A stretch of DNA of 64,000 nucleotides, taken from NCBI GenBank assembly GCA_963740355.1, contig CAVUDW010000002.1:1120001-1184000 (forward strand). The letters run 5' to 3'. The stretch comes from an uncultured Gemmatimonadaceae bacterium (lineage in GTDB: Bacteria > Gemmatimonadota > Gemmatimonadetes > Gemmatimonadales > Gemmatimonadaceae). Positions 61,701-64,000 of the stretch are shown here, piece by piece; position 1 is the stretch's first letter; each line of letters starts with the position of its first letter. The notes under the pieces were generated by a model, which was given only the letters and a program-made list of their open reading frames with translations, was not told the origin of the DNA and made no database searches. The position numbers and the translations under genes are program-made.

Positions 61701-61945
61701 TCTCGGTGATGCGCGCCGAGACTCGCGATGATCGCGTGGTCGTGACGGAAGGGGTGATCGACCTCGCCGTGGAGACCACGGCAGGCTGGCGCGTCGTCGA
61801 CTGGAAGTCTGACGTGACTGATGTGGTGGGCTGGGCCGATCGGGTGGTGAAGTACGAGGCGCAGGTCGCACGGTACGCCGAGTTGTTGGCGCAGGTGACG
61901 GGTCGACCAGGCGTTGGTGTGATCGAGAGGGTCGGTCAGGACTGA
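58769..61945 (+). CDS. addA: AddA/AdnB-like UvrD helicase-nuclease
   Basis: AGAGSGKT, TFTRKAA, TIHSFC, VDEFQDT, GDPKQSIYRFR, HKAKGLE, YVATTRA, GVIDL..VVDWK. Confidence 0.9.
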   Translation: MIEAAPDQAARDRIQTDLATNLLVEAGAGSGKTTALVARLLEHVLNGTPVEQLAAVTFTRKAADELRERFQMQLERVVREGAGNNERNERCATALRDLERAFLGTIHSFCARLLRERPIEVGLDPDFEEIADIEDESLTREFWRDWIDAARRLDAEDVQALYACGLDPSDLHDAFARAKTFHDVAFPAPPVDMPDVAACMQQLSLLLDRARQMMPAVLPPEGPDKLMQLVQRLQFHRSVADWSEPVTGCALLESLTESQMAVVQKRWSADKSGKEAAKLLGEEFVALLTDRAAPLIRAWREYRYPVVMRVLQRAVGDFAEQRHTSGRLGFDDLLLLCARLLREHPVVRNELGERYRYLLVDEFQDTDPVQAEVCLLLSSDAAQGNDWQAVTPRPGALFVVGDPKQSIYRFRRADIQIYERVKQRFESFGATLSLTSNFRSTAAIGALVNAHFEQVFPAVASGQQAAFSPLIATRDASGAPTEGIKRYVVQWTSGGAEAVVAADATLVSAWIASRIAAGELPGNFLVLTGRKAPIASYARALAERNIPVTTTGANLTQEHELLEVLVVLRALADPGNGVLVAAALEGLFFGLSPADLYAARQAHVAFSIAAPVVGDTLPAQRALSVLRRWWEFSRQHPTDVLLERIFDETGLLFHAAGSVLGDARAGALLHLVEAVRAEASVGRSGLIEAMELLQTLLDGDADDAPLRPGRSDAVRIMNLHKAKGLEAEIVILAAPTDLREHEPDVHVTRAAHGAATGGLLITRGSGNQKQRLAQPVGWDEMQATESLFQRAEAERLRYVATTRAKRVLVVAQAEKIGTSSKPDASMWRPLAKTVDAMAGDPLEIAVRPAAGRLTLDIGADALVGRAEAARERVAAARTPSLIVETVTGTVKGDNAYAEPVPNRSRLEGRKWGTAVHRCIDALVRGRTGAGLHSFARAVLSDERLDASVLPRLLQLLDDVERSETWRTLRDGGVPLSELSVMRAETRDDRVVVTEGVIDLAVETTAGWRVVDWKSDVTDVVGWADRVVKYEAQVARYAELLAQVTGRPGVGVIERVGQD

Positions 61946-62025
61946 CACTGCGCCAGAGAAAGTATCAAAAACGTATGAAGCTGTAGTGCGCGATCTCGAC
62001 CTCCACGTCCTTCTCCGTCCATCTG

Positions 62026-64000
62026 ATGCCTGTCGCCACACCACCGAACGATCTGGGGAACGCCGACTTCGAGGGCGACGAGTTCGCCTACCGACCCTCG
62101 GGACCGCGCAATCCGCGACTCGCTCGCTGGATCGACCTGCTCGCTGCGCTCCTCGTTCGCAATATGCCCGCGACCTTCGACGAGCTGGTCGCCTCGGTGC
62201 CGGAGTACCAGCTCAAGTCCGACGCAATCGATGCTGAGGTGGATGCTGCGGCGAAGAAGAAGCTGGGTGAGTCCTTGAAGCGGGCCTTCGAGCGTGACAA
62301 GGATGAACTCCGCGCGCTCGGTGTCGCCATCGAGTCGTCGAAGGACGAGGGAGGCAACAGCGGCGGCGCCTATCGATTGCGGCGTGCCAACTTCTACCTA
62401 CCATACTTGTGTATCGCGGTGCCGGGAGCCGCACCGACGACGCCCGCGCGTATCGATCGCGACGGGTACAAGGCGCTCGAATCGCTGCTGCTGGAGCCGG
62501 ACGAACTGGAAGCGATCGTCGATGCCGCGGCCTCGGTGCGACGGCTCGGTGATCCACTATTGCAGTCCGATGTGGACTCTGCGATGCGAAAGTTGGCGAT
62601 CGACCTACCGTTGGATGTCTCCGAGCCGTCCGCTGATGTACCGCGCATCGTGGCCGCGCGGGCACAGCCGGACGCTGAGGTATTCGCGGTCCTGGGTGAG
62701 GCGATGCGCGCCCGAAAGGTGGTGACCTTCACCTACCTCGCCATGAGCACGGGCAAGCGCGATGAGCGCTCCGTCGAGGCGTACGGTCTCTTCTTCCTCA
62801 GTGGGCACTGGTACCTCGCCGCCCGGGATCAGACGCGCGGCGAGATGCGAAACTTCCGGCTCAATCGCATCAGCGGCGCGAAGGTGAACACCAAGTCGAA
62901 GCAAACGCCGGACTACACCATTCCATCCACCTTTCGCCTGCGCGATCACGCTCGCTCACGGCATGTGTGGGAGCTCGGCGATGGCGATGCCGATGAGGTG
63001 GTGGTGGAGTTCCTTGGCGTCACAGGGCCCGCGCTGGCGGCGGCTGGGCTTGGCGATCCGGTGGAGGGCGTGACGGGTTCGCGTCGCTTCAGCGTGCGAC
63101 GCACGGACAGCTTCGCGCGCTGGATTCTTTCCTTCGGTGGTGATGCCGTGGTGCGCTCGCCAGAATCGCTTGCGGCGCATGTGACCCAGCTCGCTGCGGC
63201 GACGCGCGCGATCTACGCGAATGAAGCTCCCACGGAGATGCCCGCACCCAGCGCTGCTGCCAGCGCCGCGTCCGCCGCTCGCATTCCGTGGCAACCGCGC
63301 GGGGCCGCAGCGCAGCTTCGACGAATCCTCCTCGTCGTTCCGCAGATCGCCGACGGCGAAGAACATTCGCTGCAGGAGGTCGCCGGTCGAATTGGTTCCG
63401 ATGTCGATACGCTCACCAGTGATCTCCATTCGCTGGTGGACCGGTACGACCTGCCGGCGGGCTTCGTGGAGGGAGTGCAGATCTTTCTCGAGCCGGATCG
63501 GGTTTCTGCGATGTCCAATCACCTGCGTCGCCCGATGCGCCTGACTGGCAACGAGCTGTGTGCGCTGGAACTGGGGCTGGCGGTGCTTCGCTCGCAGCGA
63601 CCGCCAGACGAGTACGCCCTGCTCGACCGGGCGCGGACGCGGCTCCAGAAGGTCATCGCACAACTGCCCGGTGATCCGATCCCGGACTCACTCTACAACG
63701 TCTCCGTCGGTGAGTACGGCAGCACGACATTCCTTCCGGTGGTCCGGCACGCGCTACGCAATCGCACCAAGCTTCGGCTCGGGTATCGGAAGTCAGGCAG
63801 CGCGACGACTGACGAGCGCGTGGTGTGCCCCTATGCGCTGGTCGCGGCCAGTGGCATGCTCTACCTCATCGCGTATTGCGACCGAAGTGCCGGCATCCGG
63901 GTGTTTCGCATGGATCGTGTGCAACTGGCGGAACCGACCGATCAATCGTTCGCGGCGCCAGCCGAGTTTTCCGTGGACGACGTGATGAAGGACGGACGCG
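62026..64000 (+). CDS. Single-chain PafBC-like regulator (two wHTH-WYL units), truncated by the window end
   Basis: Hand-translated with no stop from ATG 62026: RWIDLLAAL, KRAFERDKDELRALG, GHWYLA, RNFRLNRI, WILSFG; linker; AQLRRILLVVP, RRPMRLT, GMLYLIAYC, RVFRMDRV. Confidence 0.92.
   Translation, partial: MPVATPPNDLGNADFEGDEFAYRPSGPRNPRLARWIDLLAALLVRNMPATFDELVASVPEYQLKSDAIDAEVDAAAKKKLGESLKRAFERDKDELRALGVAIESSKDEGGNSGGAYRLRRANFYLPYLCIAVPGAAPTTPARIDRDGYKALESLLLEPDELEAIVDAAASVRRLGDPLLQSDVDSAMRKLAIDLPLDVSEPSADVPRIVAARAQPDAEVFAVLGEAMRARKVVTFTYLAMSTGKRDERSVEAYGLFFLSGHWYLAARDQTRGEMRNFRLNRISGAKVNTKSKQTPDYTIPSTFRLRDHARSRHVWELGDGDADEVVVEFLGVTGPALAAAGLGDPVEGVTGSRRFSVRRTDSFARWILSFGGDAVVRSPESLAAHVTQLAAATRAIYANEAPTEMPAPSAAASAASAARIPWQPRGAAAQLRRILLVVPQIADGEEHSLQEVAGRIGSDVDTLTSDLHSLVDRYDLPAGFVEGVQIFLEPDRVSAMSNHLRRPMRLTGNELCALELGLAVLRSQRPPDEYALLDRARTRLQKVIAQLPGDPIPDSLYNVSVGEYGSTTFLPVVRHALRNRTKLRLGYRKSGSATTDERVVCPYALVAASGMLYLIAYCDRSAGIRVFRMDRVQLAEPTDQSFAAPAEFSVDDVMKDGR

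Noticed and set aside
1327..63985. Many long antisense or alternate-frame ORFs
   Set aside because: Expected shadows of high-GC coding genes; Arg/Pro-rich with no motifs

Overview
High-GC bacterial chromosomal segment, mostly housekeeping genes. Gene content and protein style suggest Gemmatimonadota; this is inference, not verified. Left to right: a ~1.3 kb non-coding repeat mosaic; ffh-rpsP-rimM-trmD-(two inserted genes)-rplS-rnhB-SDR; OmpA lipoprotein, HExxH protein and MFS; an 11-mer repeat lipoprotein; tRNA-Lys(TTT); a class II photolyase/renalase-like fusion with a degenerate M48-like membrane protein; a cell-wall cluster; moaC-holB; purEK; dctA; gnd-zwf-pgl; a 5-oxoprolinase (pxpBCA-DUF969-DUF979-DUF2891) operon. 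Divergent from that operon are trifunctional propionyl-CoA synthase and bifunctional malonyl-CoA reductase, the 3-hydroxypropionate bi-cycle signature enzymes, followed by a doubly frameshifted tesB. The window ends with a penicillin acylase-family gene, an AddAB/AdnAB-like pair and a single-chain PafBC-like double-WYL regulator that runs off the end and is absent from the ORF track. Main leads: the pcs-mcr module, a possible PafBC-type DNA-damage circuit (RecA-NDp-like motif upstream of addB), the photolyase fusion locus, candidate structured leaders before rpsP and rplS, and the REP-like repeat mosaic. All calls come from reading motifs by eye; no searches were run.
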